A stretch of DNA of 64,000 nt, taken from positions 52,329 to 116,328 of IMG/VR virus record IMGVR_UViG_3300021399_000008; one strand, 5' to 3'. This document shows, one piece after another, positions 18,060 through 31,602 of this stretch. Numbering within the stretch: the stretch's first letter is position 1; each line of letters begins with the position of its first letter. The notes beneath the pieces are model-generated. The model saw nothing but the letters and a program-made list of their open reading frames with translations. It ran no database searches and was not told where the DNA came from. This DNA comes from a virus (Duplodnaviria > Caudoviricetes). The translations under genes were made by a program, and so were the position numbers.

Positions 18060-19253
18060 TTAAGTGCAGAAACACAGCATAACACAGCGAGTTTCTTCAC
18101 AGGCTCTGGTTTTACCTGCGTTTCCTTCGATAGTATAATAGTAACGACTATTGTTTACGATGCCAGTTCTAGTCCACCATTCTTCTCCTGAGCTAGAGCT
18201 TGTCCATGGGTGTTTTTTTGGGAAGCCGTTTTCTTTGGAATAGTTTGAAAAAAATTCATCGTATACACATCCGCTTGTTTCCTTATGCTGAATACCAGTA
18301 GAATATCCAGTTTCTAAGTTTGAAGGAATAAAAAATCTGTCTGCGCTATATTTCGTTTCGCTATTATAAAACCAAGATTTATTAACTGTTTTTATAGCAT
18401 TTTTTAAAGCGCTATCTTGTAGTGTGTTATACATTGATTCCAGTTGTTGCCTTATATCAGATGTTTCCCATCCTTGACAATCTGTACCATATTTCATTGT
18501 TTCAGGTAAAACAAAAAATGAGCCCCATGTTATGTGCGCCTTCCCAGATCCATCTGCTAGATCATCTTTATCAATTCCGATAATACTGCATTCGATAAGT
18601 TCGCCATCAAAATCAAAAGTTTTTATATCTCCAATGGAATATTTTTCCAAATAAGAACCGTCATTTTCTGCAGCAAGTATGGTTTGTATATCGTCAGTTA
18701 TATTGCCGTAATTATTGTCTGTGTATGGATATTCGGATAAAGGCTTTAGCTTTGTCGTATTGAATCCAGTAGAGGTTTTATATGTCTCAAGTAAACTACT
18801 AGGAACAAAAACAAAACCGAATTGACCTTCGGTCATCATAGTTCCTTTAAAGAAATTACCATTTAAAGATGATAGTGATTCATTGCTAAAAACTACAGCT
18901 CTTATCGGATTTCTACTAAACACATTCCACGAATTATTTGAACTTGATTTGAAAACATTAGGAAATATTGCACTCTTTATGTTGCAATTTTGAAAACAAT
19001 AACTTTCACACGATGATAATTTAGGAAGATCCTCAGCGTCGATTGCCGTCAAACCGCTATATGCTATTCCGTATTGACCTATGGTTTCAACGTTCGGAAG
19101 ACGAATTTTTTTTAGGTTTTTCTTATGAGATAAACCGCTTGAAGCTGGAATAGTTTTCAATCCAGATTCAGTAAATTCTGTCAAAGTGTCTGATATTAAA
19201 GCGTCTAACGTACCTTGGATTCCTAAAATATCTGTAGTATTTGTATACTCCAT
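18060..19253 (-). CDS. BspA-type LRR plus DUF6273-like protein (receptor-binding candidate)
   Basis: LKKIRLPNVETIGQY repeats; WWTRT...VMLCFCT C-terminus; GGAGG RBS. Confidence 0.7.
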   Translation of the reverse strand: MEYTNTTDILGIQGTLDALISDTLTEFTESGLKTIPASSGLSHKKNLKKIRLPNVETIGQYGIAYSGLTAIDAEDLPKLSSCESYCFQNCNIKSAIFPNVFKSSSNNSWNVFSRNPIRAVVFSNESLSSLNGNFFKGTMMTEGQFGFVFVPSSLLETYKTSTGFNTTKLKPLSEYPYTDNNYGNITDDIQTILAAENDGSYLEKYSIGDIKTFDFDGELIECSIIGIDKDDLADGSGKAHITWGSFFVLPETMKYGTDCQGWETSDIRQQLESMYNTLQDSALKNAIKTVNKSWFYNSETKYSADRFFIPSNLETGYSTGIQHKETSGCVYDEFFSNYSKENGFPKKHPWTSSSSGEEWWTRTGIVNNSRYYYTIEGNAGKTRACEETRCVMLCFCT

Positions 19254-19270
19254 AAAATAACCTCCACCTT

Positions 19271-22200
19271 TCATAAACAAAAACCAACAATAACATCACA
19301 ATTATTTGTTAATGCGGTTCTGTTAGCGTACGCGGTAGCGGTCGACGTGTTCGGAACTGTTAACCCATAATTAGATTCTGCAGATTCTGCATTAATGCTG
19401 GTTCTCTACCAGAAGGATGGTACACTGCTCCCCGATGTGGTATATTTTATTCGAAGTACAACGTTACTTATTTGATCATATACTGCGCCGCTGTTTTCTA
19501 TCTGATACCATGCGCTAGCAGATTTTCTAAGTCCTAATTCTCTGCTTGAAAAAAGCCATATATCTTCGTCTGAAGTAATATCGGTTCCTGTTGGATCTTT
19601 TGTTACTTTTTTAACAGTTTTTATATTGGATTGTATGATAGTTGGAAGTTTGCTTTTAAAACTTTTGATTACGCTGCGAAGCTCAAGCTCTGAATATGGA
19701 ACAGCTTCGTCAACACTGTGTGCCCTATGTGAAAAAACGGTTGTCCGAAAAGCCCATGTTGTTTTTGCAGTAGAAGCATCATTATCAGATAATATATCTT
19801 TGTCAACACCGATTAACATTGTTTGATATCGTTGTCCGTCGGCTTCTATTGTTTTTATGGATCCTATCGGGTATTTATCTACGTTTCCAGAATTTATATT
19901 ACTTATTATAGTATCCCAATCGTCTGAAATGTCTTCAAAATAGCCTAAAGGATAACTATCGAGCGGCGCAATCATATACTTACCCCACGTAATATGGCTT
20001 CTATATAAATCTAACAACTCGGGACGTACGTAAATCGCTCCAAGTTTCTTTTCTATGAAAGTGCCGGAAATCGCGTTTACATCGTTTATTTCAGCAACAG
20101 TTGATGAATGGATTACTAAATGTTTTATAGGCTTGTTCCTCAGCTGAGCGTTGAGATTATCGGTGTTAAACTGAAGATTGTCTAATTGTGTAAACTCAAC
20201 CGTTTTTAAGTTTGAGCACGAGTTAAGCCCATTGGGGCCAATATAAGTAAAAGGACCGGAGATTTTTGTTAATTGTCCTTGACCAATCAACCCTGAATCA
20301 GCTATAGTGGAATTATTTATTGTTTCATATATTTCCAGTTTTCCCCGAATATATTTAGTCACATCGTTGCTTGCATCTGCGTATTGAGCTACACAAACTA
20401 GATTACCGACAATATTAATAGGCTCTGGTGACCATCCTGTGAACAAATAGTCATCGGTATTTCCAGTGCTGTTGTTTGTGGGTGTTGTTTCGGTATAATT
20501 CGCACTGCCGCCATACGGAACATTATTCACAGTCTGAAGCGTATTATTATCCCAGTTCTTAAACGTCACAGTAAACGTTCTGAGTTGACTCGTAAACACA
20601 GGATATAAGTCACGATCTTCAGTAACATTCTTCAATGCATCAGGATCCATTACTCCATCTACATACCGCGCCCAACCATTTGCAAATGTGAATGTATGGC
20701 TTGCGCTCTGCGGTTTGGTTGGTGTAGATCCAGTATAAGTGACAGCTGCTCCATTAGCGGAAGTTTTTGTCTGAAGCACGCTGGTTCCATCGTAATTATA
20801 GAAACGAACCGTGCAATTAATTGTGTTGTAATCTATCGTGATATCAGGATATTTATCTTTGATTTGCTTCGTAACTGCACCGCTTACAGTGTCGATATGG
20901 ATCGTTCCATAAACCTGAGCTGTGTCTACGTTAAGCCCCTGTTCGTTGCGACCGTGTAAACTGTCAAGTTTTGCTTTTATCGCAAGCAGTTCAGTCTCAT
21001 CTGCTACTGTCCAATCGAAACCAATTAAACGAAGATTACTGCCTTCAGTTAATCCGTTCACCAGAGTTTTTGTATCGATAATATTACCAATATTCTCCAG
21101 CGTAACGGTTGTCAGATTCTCTTCGGAAGCTAACACGAAGTCTGTAATATTCGGCTGATTAATAATCTCAAGGTTTGTGATCGTTCCAGGCAGATGCAGT
21201 GTTTTAATTATGCCGCCGTTAGGAAGCTTTACGCCTTTAATTGCAGTGCCATCGAAGTAAATATGTTCGATATTCTTACAACCAGATAAATCAGGAGGGG
21301 TTGTAAGCTTATCGCCATAGTTCGAACAGTTACGTACGTCTAATGTCTTCAGCAGCGTGTTATTACCAAGCGTCAGGTTCTCCAGGTTCGGGTTATTATA
21401 GTTCGGATCTGCGTCTCCAAGCTTAAGACTCTGAAGTTTTGTAGCATAGGAGAAGTTCGCGTAACCTACCAGCAGCGGAGAAAGATCGCCTACACTCGCC
21501 AGCTGAGAAGACGAGTAGATATAAACTTCGGTATCGTTCATCCTGTCGAGAGGACATGGAATTGTAACCGAAGTATTTCTTGGAGTCTTTCTGGATACCT
21601 GCTCAACGTCCTGAGTACCAGAATCCTTCGAGCCGTACTTAATTGAAACATAGATATCAGCATACGGAGTTACTGTTATATCCGCTTTGTTGTAGGCACG
21701 AAGAGTAATAATATCAGACAGCGCATTACCTGCGAGATATTTACTGTCAGTGAACTTAAGTCTGTTATAGAGCCACCACTTACGCTGTTCGGTTTTACTG
21801 CCAAGAGCCATCTCGAGATAGCTGCCGTCACATTCGTCGATCAACGGAGCGATGTATTTATAATAAGCGTCTTCGTTAAAGATCGTCTCAGGCCATTTGG
21901 ATTGATGGTCTTCGAACATCTTTTCAATAGCCTCGTAGCTAAACGCATCGTTAGCTCTCAGGTCTTTGTACATTCTCTTGATCTGAAGACCGAAAGCCTT
22001 TCGTACGTTTCTCCACTATACGCTTTCACGACCGTTGTAAACGTCCTTTTTGCCGTTATTATAAGTATCCTCGTCTTCGAGGTCGTAAGAGAAAGTCAGG
22101 TGACCTTCGTTGTTACATGTCTGTTACTTTGCTGACCTGTTCATACAGGCGGGAACGGTTCTTCTTTAAGTGGTCTGGTTACCTCTGACCGTTCCTCTCG

Positions 22201-23003
22201 CGTTTCTTTTATAGGTGATTATAGCGCAAGTTCAGACTGTTGCACCCCGGGTTTATCCGGGCCATTTCGCTCAGTCGTTGTTGGCAACGTGTGGAAAGAA
22301 TTCAACAATAAAACCACTGCATGTTTCCGCAAGAATGAGATCTGCCTTTGAGCGTTCTCACGATATTGCAGTGGTTTAATCCGGTTTGTCTTTCTGCTTC
22401 ACCGATTGAATCATAGTAGTTTACTTGACCTTCTTTATCTACGGAACATATCCTCATAGAAGTTGACGCGCAACATTCATTCGTTTTAGCTGCCCGTTTC
22501 GTTCTTGTTCCATAGTTATGATTGTAGTCATTTGTACACCACTCAAGATTTGAGACATAATTGTTTGTCTTGATCTCGTCTTTGTGATTCACTTGCGGTA
22601 AACTATCAGGATTCGGAATGAAAGCATCCGCAACTAATCTATGCACAGCGAACCATTTACTTTCGCAATGTCCGCTATAAAGTAAAACGGAAAGGTAACC
22701 TTTGGCTGTCAGATGGCCAGTGGTTATCTTTCCGATGTTTTTATTTTGTGCGTAACTTTTTAATCTTCCGCAGTTGCTGATTTCATATCTGCCTTCATAA
22801 CCTTTTATAGGTTTCCAAATTTCGTCCAATATTTAATCACCTCTCAAATTAATCTTTCACACGTTTTCCAAGGCGTTGTCCGTCACCATCGGAGTTTCGC
22901 CGTATATCAGAAATGGTTTTTACTTGGCACTAACCTCAATGCCAAGGGCCGTATCAAAGTCATACGGCTAGAACACAACTTTTTTCTTCATGCTTCGACT
23001 CAA
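19271..23003 (-). CDS. large tail/adhesion protein (969 aa spliced; exons 23003-22939 and 22115-19271; TAG at 22968, 22016, 19406)
   Basis: Spliced junction [14 protein letters not shown]; LRRs, InlB-B-like repeats; C-terminal FW*RT...VIVGFCL ending in TGA. Confidence 0.8.
22116..22938 (-). mobile_element. group I intron (823 nt) carrying a homing endonuclease
   Basis: P1 CTTGGCAT/GTGCCAAG with U-G at the splice site; P7 elements CAACGACT and CAACAGTCTGAACT; terminal G; removal restores the frame. Confidence 0.9.
22302..22829 (-). CDS. NUMOD4-HNH homing endonuclease
   Basis: [41 protein letters not shown]. Confidence 0.93.
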   Translation of the reverse strand: MDEIWKPIKGYEGRYEISNCGRLKSYAQNKNIGKITTGHLTAKGYLSVLLYSGHCESKWFAVHRLVADAFIPNPDSLPQVNHKDEIKTNNYVSNLEWCTNDYNHNYGTRTKRAAKTNECCASTSMRICSVDKEGQVNYYDSIGEAERQTGLNHCNIVRTLKGRSHSCGNMQWFYC

Positions 23004-23021
23004 GCCGCACCACCCTTTCTA

Positions 23022-26021
23022 TTATGGATTTTCTTCGGAGTTAGGTTCTTCTGTGCTGTCGTCACTGCTTGGTTCGACAATAGGACTGCCCATAAAGGAC
23101 GGGAACATATTCTTGGCTCGGCTATCAACCATCAGGAAAATCTCAGTGAAGAGATAGTAGTAGATAGCGGAGTCCAGTTCCATGTAATCAGGAGCTTCGT
23201 CTCTGAACTTCGCGATACGATATTCGGCTGTGTCGTTATTGAAAGTTTTCGTAACAGTAACAGTGATTCCTTCGGCAGGTTCTTCGAGCCAGGAGTACGT
23301 TACAGGAGAAGCCAGCGGTTCATTCGTAGCAGTATCAGGATCAGTAGACACAATCCAGGCAGCGAATTCGGCAAGCTGAGTAGGATCAGTATACGGAGGA
23401 TCTGTATCGGGATAACGAGCTTCGAAGTCGGTAAGCCAATTTGTACCGCTGTAATCCGCAGTTTTGAAATGGACAAGATCCGTACCGTTGTTTCTAACTT
23501 CCCAGGATTCGTCCCCGGAAACGAAACCAAACACGTCAGAAGTACTCTTGTCGTTGTTCCAATTGTATTTACCGATAAAGGTAACTGTCTTAGTGTTCGG
23601 GTTACGGTGGAAAATAACGATAGGTATACCGTCAATACCCTGACGGACGTTGCCGTTCTTTTCCTGGGCTGGTGTTTCGTAGGGACATGTGTCATTATAA
23701 AGTCTGGCGAGTTCTACGTTGTTCGCGCCTTCAGAAGAAGCGACGTCAGCTTTATAACAGAAAGTCTTTACAGGAATAGAGTTGTCGCGAATCTTCCACT
23801 TGGAAACAGTCTCGCCGAAACGGTTCAAGAAGCCGCCATTATACTTAACCTTATAGTTCTTTCTCTTATATCCCGCAGAAGAAGTACCCTGAACGTCCAT
23901 CTCTGCTCCGGTGAAAGTAAAGCAAGCATCAGGATCAGTCGGATCAACATATTCTCCGCTAACATTCTTCTTTTTGTCGCCTTTAAACTGAGGAAGCTGC
24001 GGCGTCTCAAAGATAAGGTATGGGAGATCTCTCGGAAGCTTATCGATAACAATTCGCTTATCTTCCATAACATTGTTTCTGTTAAAGCGGTCAAGCATCA
24101 GACCTGTATCCTGAGTATCCGCAATCCAGTTCTTAACGATATCGTCGCTGGAGAGAGCTGTATCGTACACTCTGATATTATAGATATCCAAAGTGCACTT
24201 ACCATTACCAAGGGAAATATCTACAGCTGAAGGCTGAGAGAAGTCGTCGTTGTCCGGATACTGAATAACTGCAGACAGAATACCGTTAATATAACAATAC
24301 AGTAAACGGTTCTTGCTTCTCGGCTCGACAACAAACGCAAGACGAATATGTTCATCTTCCTTAAACGGTACGTAGATAGAAGACTGCTGAGAAGTCAGAG
24401 TAGCGCTCTGAGGAGTAGCAGTAAATCCACGTCCGTTCGAAAGACAAGACATAACAATAGAGTCGTAGTCTGAAACGGAACTTGTAGCAAACTCAAATTC
24501 AATTGTCTTACCAGCAGTACGGAAGTCTTTCCCGAAGATTTTATAAGGAATAGTTACTCTTGCTTCGTTTGAAATACGAAGGACAGAATAGCCATCGTCG
24601 TCCGTTACCCAACCGTTAGACACGTAATCAAACCCGGTGAGCGCGCACTCTATATCGTTATAGTTCCATTCAGCCTTATTTGCGTCGACGTTACTCCTGC
24701 CTGAACTGGTAAGATACAGAGCCAGGTTCTCAGTCTCAGGCTGGATATCGATCTCAGCAGGAGTTACTTCAACCTGCAGTGTTCTTGTCGTACCTTTACA
24801 CGCAAACTCGTACGTATACGTTCCTACAGAGTCCATACGAGGATTGTAGTCATAGATTCTGCGTTCAACCGTAGGCTCAGCGACAACCGTTCCGTTTCTG
24901 GAAATCGTAACTGTCGTAGACATAGACGCAGGATCATATACTGAATACAGAATATGGATCGTGGTGTACTGAGGAACAGAAGGGGTCTCGAGCTGGCAGG
25001 TAATAACAGGAGTAGGATTCTGCGCGTCGACACAGATGATCTCGAAGTACAACTCATTCGAGCGAACAGTCTGGCCGTTAATCAAAGCATCAAAGTACAT
25101 TCTGAGAGTATGCATGCCATGACTCTGCTTCGGAATTGTAATAGCCATGTCTCGGTCAGAAATCGTTGTAGTAAACGTCTCGATCTCAGTTCCGTCGAGA
25201 ATAAAATGCATCGTCTTCATAACGCTGCCGATAGGTCTGTACGGAACATCGATAGCGCCGAAGTAAGGAGTCGAAGTATCGAACGTACTCTTCAGTTCGA
25301 GTGCTACAACGATAACGGTACAGCGGAGAGAACGTTCACTGCCGTAAATATCCGTTACGGTAATAACAACCTTATTCGTACCCAGGTCAAGGTGAGGTGC
25401 AAGGTCGATTGTATTATCTCCCTGTGGCACATTAAACACAGACTTGATCGTGTTGTTCACCATAATCCTCAGAGAACCAGGACCAGTAGAGATCTCGTTT
25501 TCCAAAGACGACCACGTGAACGACATCGGGCAGGATGCGCTCTGTGGAACTGTAGTAGTCAACCAGTCAGTTGTATTGCGGATCGTGATCGTGGCATTAC
25601 TTGTGTCGCCGCCGCCTCCACCGCCGCCGCCTCCACCGGAGAACGGTCCAAGAGGTCCGGCTACAACAACACCATTACTTGTAAGGTAGAGATATCCATT
25701 CTCAGTAAAAGCGCCGTCAACCTTTGAGTCAACAACGTCTTCAAGAATAGCTTTTGTTTCGTTATCCACGAATCCAGTTACAGGACCGACGATTATTTTT
25801 CCGTTAGCTGTAGCGTAAAGCTCACCGTTCTCCATGTAGATCGAGTCGACTTTATTAGCTCTCAGTCTTCTAACGTCGTCCTGCAGTGTATTCGAAGCAC
25901 CTGTCAGAACACTGATATCGGTTCTGGCTTTAGCGTCCTGCACCTCGAACTCATACTCTTTCTAAGTATAGTCCTGCGCATCCTTCGCTTTTATTTTGAG
26001 ATGATGTAAGGGTTCAGCCAT
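23022..26021 (-). CDS. large tail protein (999 aa; LamG-like plus CotH-kinase-like N-half); TAG at 25962
   Basis: IYNIRVYDTALS; VQGTSSAGYKRKNYK; KADVASSEGANN; DSRAKNMF. Confidence 0.75.
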
Positions 26022-26034
26022 TTACTCACATCCT

Positions 26035-26631
26035 TTATTCACCGTCGTCAGAGCCGCTTTCTAAACGACTCAATCTCTCGCGGAGTTCGGCTATCGCTCT
26101 CTCCTGTGCGAGGTTAGTATTATGTTCTATCTCCAGAGAATACTGGTCAGGCTGAGGTCCAGCTTCTAAAGCTGAAACTCTCTGCTCCAGATCCTCTATT
26201 CTGGATAGATTCGTATTAAAGTTATCCAGCTCCGCATTAAACGCGTCCATAATCGTACTGTATTCCTCGAGCTGTGTGTCAGTATAGATCGAAGTGGAAG
26301 GCTTAGGTCTCTTCGTTACGTCGACAGTAATCTCGTAGGCTGTATAGCTGGCCTCAGATTCTGTCTTATACACGTAGCACATAACAGGCCGTCCAACCAT
26401 CAGCAGCGAATCTGGGATCTGAAACTGGATATATCCAGTTCCTGTCGTAGGACTTGATCCTATTGTAGTCGCCATCCCGACACAGGCTGACTGAATAGTG
26501 TACGAACCAGATTCAATATTCGTAATCTTAATCTTTATCCCGGTATCCCACTGGTAGACTCCAGAGATCATAAGCTCTGTAGTCGTAGATCCATCGATCT
26601 CGTGGACAGTATTCGTGTTCGCCAAATTCAA
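26035..26631 (-). CDS. BppU-like baseplate protein
   Basis: VYQWDTG...IPDSLL...KRPKP followed by coiled coil. Confidence 0.6.
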   Translation of the reverse strand: MNLANTNTVHEIDGSTTTELMISGVYQWDTGIKIKITNIESGSYTIQSACVGMATTIGSSPTTGTGYIQFQIPDSLLMVGRPVMCYVYKTESEASYTAYEITVDVTKRPKPSTSIYTDTQLEEYSTIMDAFNAELDNFNTNLSRIEDLEQRVSALEAGPQPDQYSLEIEHNTNLAQERAIAELRERLSRLESGSDDGE

Positions 26632-26640
26632 TCACCTGCC

Positions 26641-27228
26641 TTAATACGCGAAGAGGGTACTGCTTATTGTGACAGTACCTTTCTTGTCGCTTTCTACGTA
26701 GATCTTCGATTCTTCTATCGCGTCATGAAGTTCTTTCTTCGTCGCAAGCAGTTGGATCTGTTCCTGCATATCAGCGACGTCTTCCTTCGCCTGGTCGATA
26801 TCGTCCATAGCGGCATTCAGCTTATCCAGTTCGACGTTAAACGCAGCAGCAAGAGAGTTGTAGGAGGAAGTCTCTTCTTCTGTATAATAAGTCGTAGTAG
26901 GCTGAGCTCTGGGGATTACAGGAATCTTTATCGTATACACCGTATAGCCTGAACTGCCTACGGATTTGTAGAGATAGCAGAAGATTGGCTTGCCTAAGGA
27001 AAGTAAAGCGTCAGGAATCTTCAGAAGAAGAACGTTTCCTGACTGAAGTGAGCCTCCAACATTCAGTGACGTGTTCACATCTGCGCAGGAGAAGTGGCCC
27101 TGCTAAACTGAATTCGGAGCGTTAAACACTCTGAGAGTAATACCATGGTCCCACTGATAGAGCGGTGAAGATGTAATGGTATAGATATCGTTTCCAAACC
27201 TCACAGAGAGTGTGTTATTTTTTACCAT
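26641..27228 (-). CDS. BppU-like baseplate protein; TAG at 27103
   Basis: LYQWDHG lies upstream of the TAG and matches paralog 26035-26631. Confidence 0.65.
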
Positions 27229-27244
27229 CCTTTCTCACCTCTCT

Positions 27245-30200
27245 TTATGTCCAAATTAAAATACAGATATAGTTTATGAGCATACCCGGATCTTCTCGAA
27301 CCGTAAGCGTTAACACGTTATTGTTCTCCCAGTACGGAAACACAAACACAGAGTTGTTGTTCGGTATCACATACACTCTGGCTAAATCATATCCGAAAGC
27401 TGGAGGAGAAATTGTCACCTCTGAAGACGTGCCAGAGAACTCCGTTAATCTTATCTGCATAATCTTGTCTCCTGGAAGTTTTATACCGCTGGCGAACAGA
27501 TCCTCGAACAGACCAGTCGCGATAGTCGGAAGAAGTTCAGACAAATAGTTAGGCGAAAGCTTACTCAAGCGCAGAGTACCGTCAGCGATTCTTTCTCCAG
27601 ACATTTCACCATAGTTAATTTCTCTGGCGTTAAAGCCATTACCGCTTCCGAATTCGCGCCATATCCAGTTGCCAGATAGGTCCTTGGAGTTTGCGATCCT
27701 GAAGACCCCGCTGTTCATAGACATAGCGGACATCCCGTCGGGAGAAGACCAGACGTCGTTTCCTTTTCCGTCTGTGAACTTTGTAGATGTGCCGTTTGTA
27801 ATCCCGGTCATAGATGAATCGATACTGCCGCCGATATCAGACGCGCTAATCTGGCCGTTGTTGTTTATTGTCTTAGACCTGTCGTAGATCGAGAGCTTTC
27901 CTTTAGCCTCAGAAGCTACCTCGGCTATATGAGCCATTACGTCTTTGAACTCATGCTGATTCAGAAGAGAAAGGTTTGTGTTGATCTCGATGTTTGACCG
28001 CCACGGATTGTCGTAGCAGATAGAACTCTTATCGATATATGCCCACAGATTCAGGGAGATCTCAGGGTCAATAAGATGAGCTGCGTATTCAGTAGTGATT
28101 CTCGGCCAGTCCTGTTTATCTGAAAGCTGAGAAGCGTAATACAGCATATCTCTGTTTGAGCCATAAGGATCTATATACTGGATCTGGTACGAAGCCTCAG
28201 GTTTCGAGATCTTCTGGATCGCGTACAGAGCATCAGCGTAGAGTTTGTCCTCGTCGCCGTCTACATAGTTTGTCTTCGAGAGGTAGCCTTCTCTGTACAG
28301 CTCACCCAGTGCCACTTTCATGTTTGTTTCAAGAGAGTCGTACTTATCCTGAGCAGTCTTCATAGCCTGGTACTTTCCGATATAAGCCCTGTCTGATGTA
28401 TAGCGGAACTTGTTCATCATAGGAATCAGACCGTGTACTTCACTCGGCTTCACATGGAAACTGTTAATCAGATAAGCGAGCTCGTTCTCGATAACAACTG
28501 CGTTCTCGTAATGGTACGGAACTAAAGATTTGTGATTATACACAACGTCATCGAGTTTGGCGTAGAGTCTGAAATAGAAAGCTCCTTCTGGAGTTGTGAA
28601 CCCACCTGGATCGTAGTTGTCTATTCGGATCTGAACTCTTGATCTTCCGTAGAACGCAACACGACCTACACGGCTCCACGGCACTGACCACCTGTACTGT
28701 GTGTTTGACAGACATCTTATATAGTTCGACACGCCCCATGTACTATCTGTTGTCGAAGTGACTACGCCGTTTATATCCATCTGGTAATATTGTTTAAATC
28801 CCATATCGGCGCAGTCTGTAATCGTAGAAGCTACATACTGGGGTCCAGAGACAACAGAGCTTTTTACGTAGCTTTTAATCTCAAGAGTTGTCTGAACATC
28901 TCCGTTATACTGAGTTACGTATCTCTTTGTTGTATTCAGAACAAGTCTTCCGTTATTCGCGTAAAGATTCTCCGCAGTAGAGAATACATGAAGGTTTCCG
29001 TCTCCGATATCCATAGCGAATCTGGAAGGGAGAAACACATTAGAGTTCGAGGTGTCTTTATATTTTCCGAGGTTATCCAGATCGCTCAAATGGCAGTCAT
29101 AGTTCTCATAAACACCCGTGTAATAAAGGTCACGCTTATTGCAGCCTTCAATTACGATACCCATATTGTCGGCTATACGAGCCTCTTCAGTTTTCTGGTA
29201 TTCGTACTTTTTCCAGACGTCGCCGCCAGTTCCAGATGTATACTGGACTCTGGCCACTGTCCCATCGTATTCTCTGTAATGGTATTCATACTGAAGGTTC
29301 TGAGTCTGAATCTCTTCGTTAAATACCCAGACCTGATCTGTGTTTTTATATTCCTGAACAACGAATACAGGATACCATCTCGTGTCTCCGATTGTTTTGT
29401 TACAGAAGTACAGCTGCCCGTAGTTCTCAGGGCTGAACACATAACACCAGGCGTAACCATTAATCGAACTGATTGAAGGTCTCTTACTCGGACTGTCAAC
29501 GAAATATACTGGGTGCTTCGTAGTTACAAACGTAGTGACTTCGTCCAGAGTCATTACGGCTGACTCGTCAGAAGATTCAAATGAGCCGATATACCCGTTT
29601 ACGTTATTTGTTTTAAACAGGTAACCTACGAGGTTTGTGTTCGTATCTGACCGTTTATCTGAACCGAAGTAATAGTCAGAGGACTTCAGCCAGAGAGTAA
29701 TTACTTTCGGGTTTTCTATATCGTCGACTTCCTTAATGTAGGTTTTATGCCACAGGAAGTCTTTTGATGAATTAAACATATTCGAGCCGCCGTACTTTGT
29801 CCGTTCAGTAGCCCAGGCACCGCCGCCATATTCTCTCTTATCGATATAGTAGCTGGTAGTAACGTCCCCTTCAAGAGATAGTTCGAGACTCATATCGAAC
29901 AGGTAGAGAACGGAAGCTTCCGGGTTTATAGCGTCTCCGTTAGCGAACAGAGCAGTAGCTGGCTTCCACCTGAATCTCTTCTCAGGCTTTACGTTAAACT
30001 CAGTCGTATATGCTACGTTCTCATATCCAGCTGTATCGAGCGTAATCTTCACATAAGATCCACTTGTATTTACTGTGAAAGGCTGGAGCTTAACGTAGTC
30101 TACAGATCCAACAAGTTCCGATACCTTCGTTAATTCCTGAGTAAAGGCCAGAGACTTCTCCTGAATTTCCTCAAGGAGTTTCGGTCCCTGTCTCTGAAAG

Positions 30201-31591
30201 TTCGCGATAGCCTGAATTGCGTCGTCAGTTAATAACCCTACCTCGTCGTAATAGTTAAAGTCCATTACGAATGAGAACCAGTTCCGTACATCTGTATTGG
30301 AGATATAGGTAACTGTAGGATAGCTGAGGTTAGGAGCTGACGGTTCGTCATAGACACGGTAGGCCATATCGACTTCATAGTTATAGTCGGGGTTCAGAGG
30401 ATCTGTTCCAGGGTCCGAAAGATCAGGGTCTTCAGGAACGAGTTCGCCGTCGTCTTCGCTGACGAGATCATCGTCACCGCCAGAAGAACTGGAAGAACCT
30501 GAAGAGCTAGAAGAACCAGACGAGCCGGAGGAAGAACTTCCGCTCGAACCAGAACCTTCTACGTACAGAACCGTATCGTCGTAGACATACATCATAGACG
30601 CAGGATCCAGTTGAGAGAAGGTAAACGTGTGCTGACTCGTAATCTGACCAAGAGGAGCTTCAGTCGGTTTAAAGTACTTCGTAACGACAATACCCTGTGC
30701 GTTCGTATACTGGAACCTGATCTCAGTTTCTGGGGCTACTGAGCTGTTAATCCTGAACTTCAGTTCCTTATGGGTACATTCGTCGATTCCGCAGTATCCG
30801 TTCGTCTTATCGCCGTAAGCTCCATAGGCATACAGCTTTGTTCTAAGATTCTCTGTGTTCAGAGTGCGGGTAATATTCTTTACATTATTTCCATAGTGGA
30901 GTTCGATTACACCTTTAGCCGTCGTAACGTCTGGAACAGTTCCGTCCTTCGGTTCAGAGAAAGGATTCATCGGGACAATATCTACCGTCTTCGAATCTCC
31001 TCTGAAGATAGGTTTCGCATCAAACAACTCACACATCTTAGAAATCAAAGAGAAGGCCCCGGTCTTCTCAGAGGCTACGAGTGAACGGTACTTAACAGTT
31101 ACACCGTCGTCCTCATAGAACTTCGAGACAACACCTTTCGTCCAGCCAGTACCTTCGAGGATCACGTCCAGGAAAGTATCTGGGGTTCCGACGTTATTGC
31201 CTTCGTCGTCTGAGAATACAAGACCGAGGTTCTTATACTTCAGCTGCTGCGAAACATGTCCGCATATAGCTGTCACTGTTCTGGATTTGTTTGAGTGCGT
31301 AATCTTAGGTTCAGAGATTATGTACCATTCAGTCTCGTCTTCGTTAATCAGTCTGACTTTATAGTCAGCCTTCATAAACTGAAGACGAGGATTCTCTTCC
31401 TTACCGTTCTCTGTCTCGATAACTGTCGGGAGAGTAAATGACTATTCTCGCCAGCCGTTACGGGAAGTAGACTCAGTAATACCAGAAGCCTGACCTGAGA
31501 CATCGCTGTTTGAATCATAAAGGTTACAGATCTTATTGCCGGAGTAGTCGAATATATCGATGATACATAATCGTTTATAATTTATCGCCAT
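27245..31591 (-). CDS. tail spike / Tal-like baseplate hub protein (1448 aa); TAG at 31442
   Basis: Follows Dit; RNGWRE*SFTLP, YGNNVKNITRTLNTENLRTKLYAYG, WIWREFGSGNGFNA. Confidence 0.75.
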
Positions 31592-31602
31592 AAAATCGCC
31601 TC

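Noticed and set aside
18060-19500. Diversity-generating retroelement
   Set aside because: No reverse transcriptase and no adenine-variant repeat pair in the window
30400-30560. Ser/Gly and acidic tracts, with a similar DPxLSD...GTDP stretch near 52300-52380
   Set aside because: Low-complexity linkers; the similarity is too short to support a shared element
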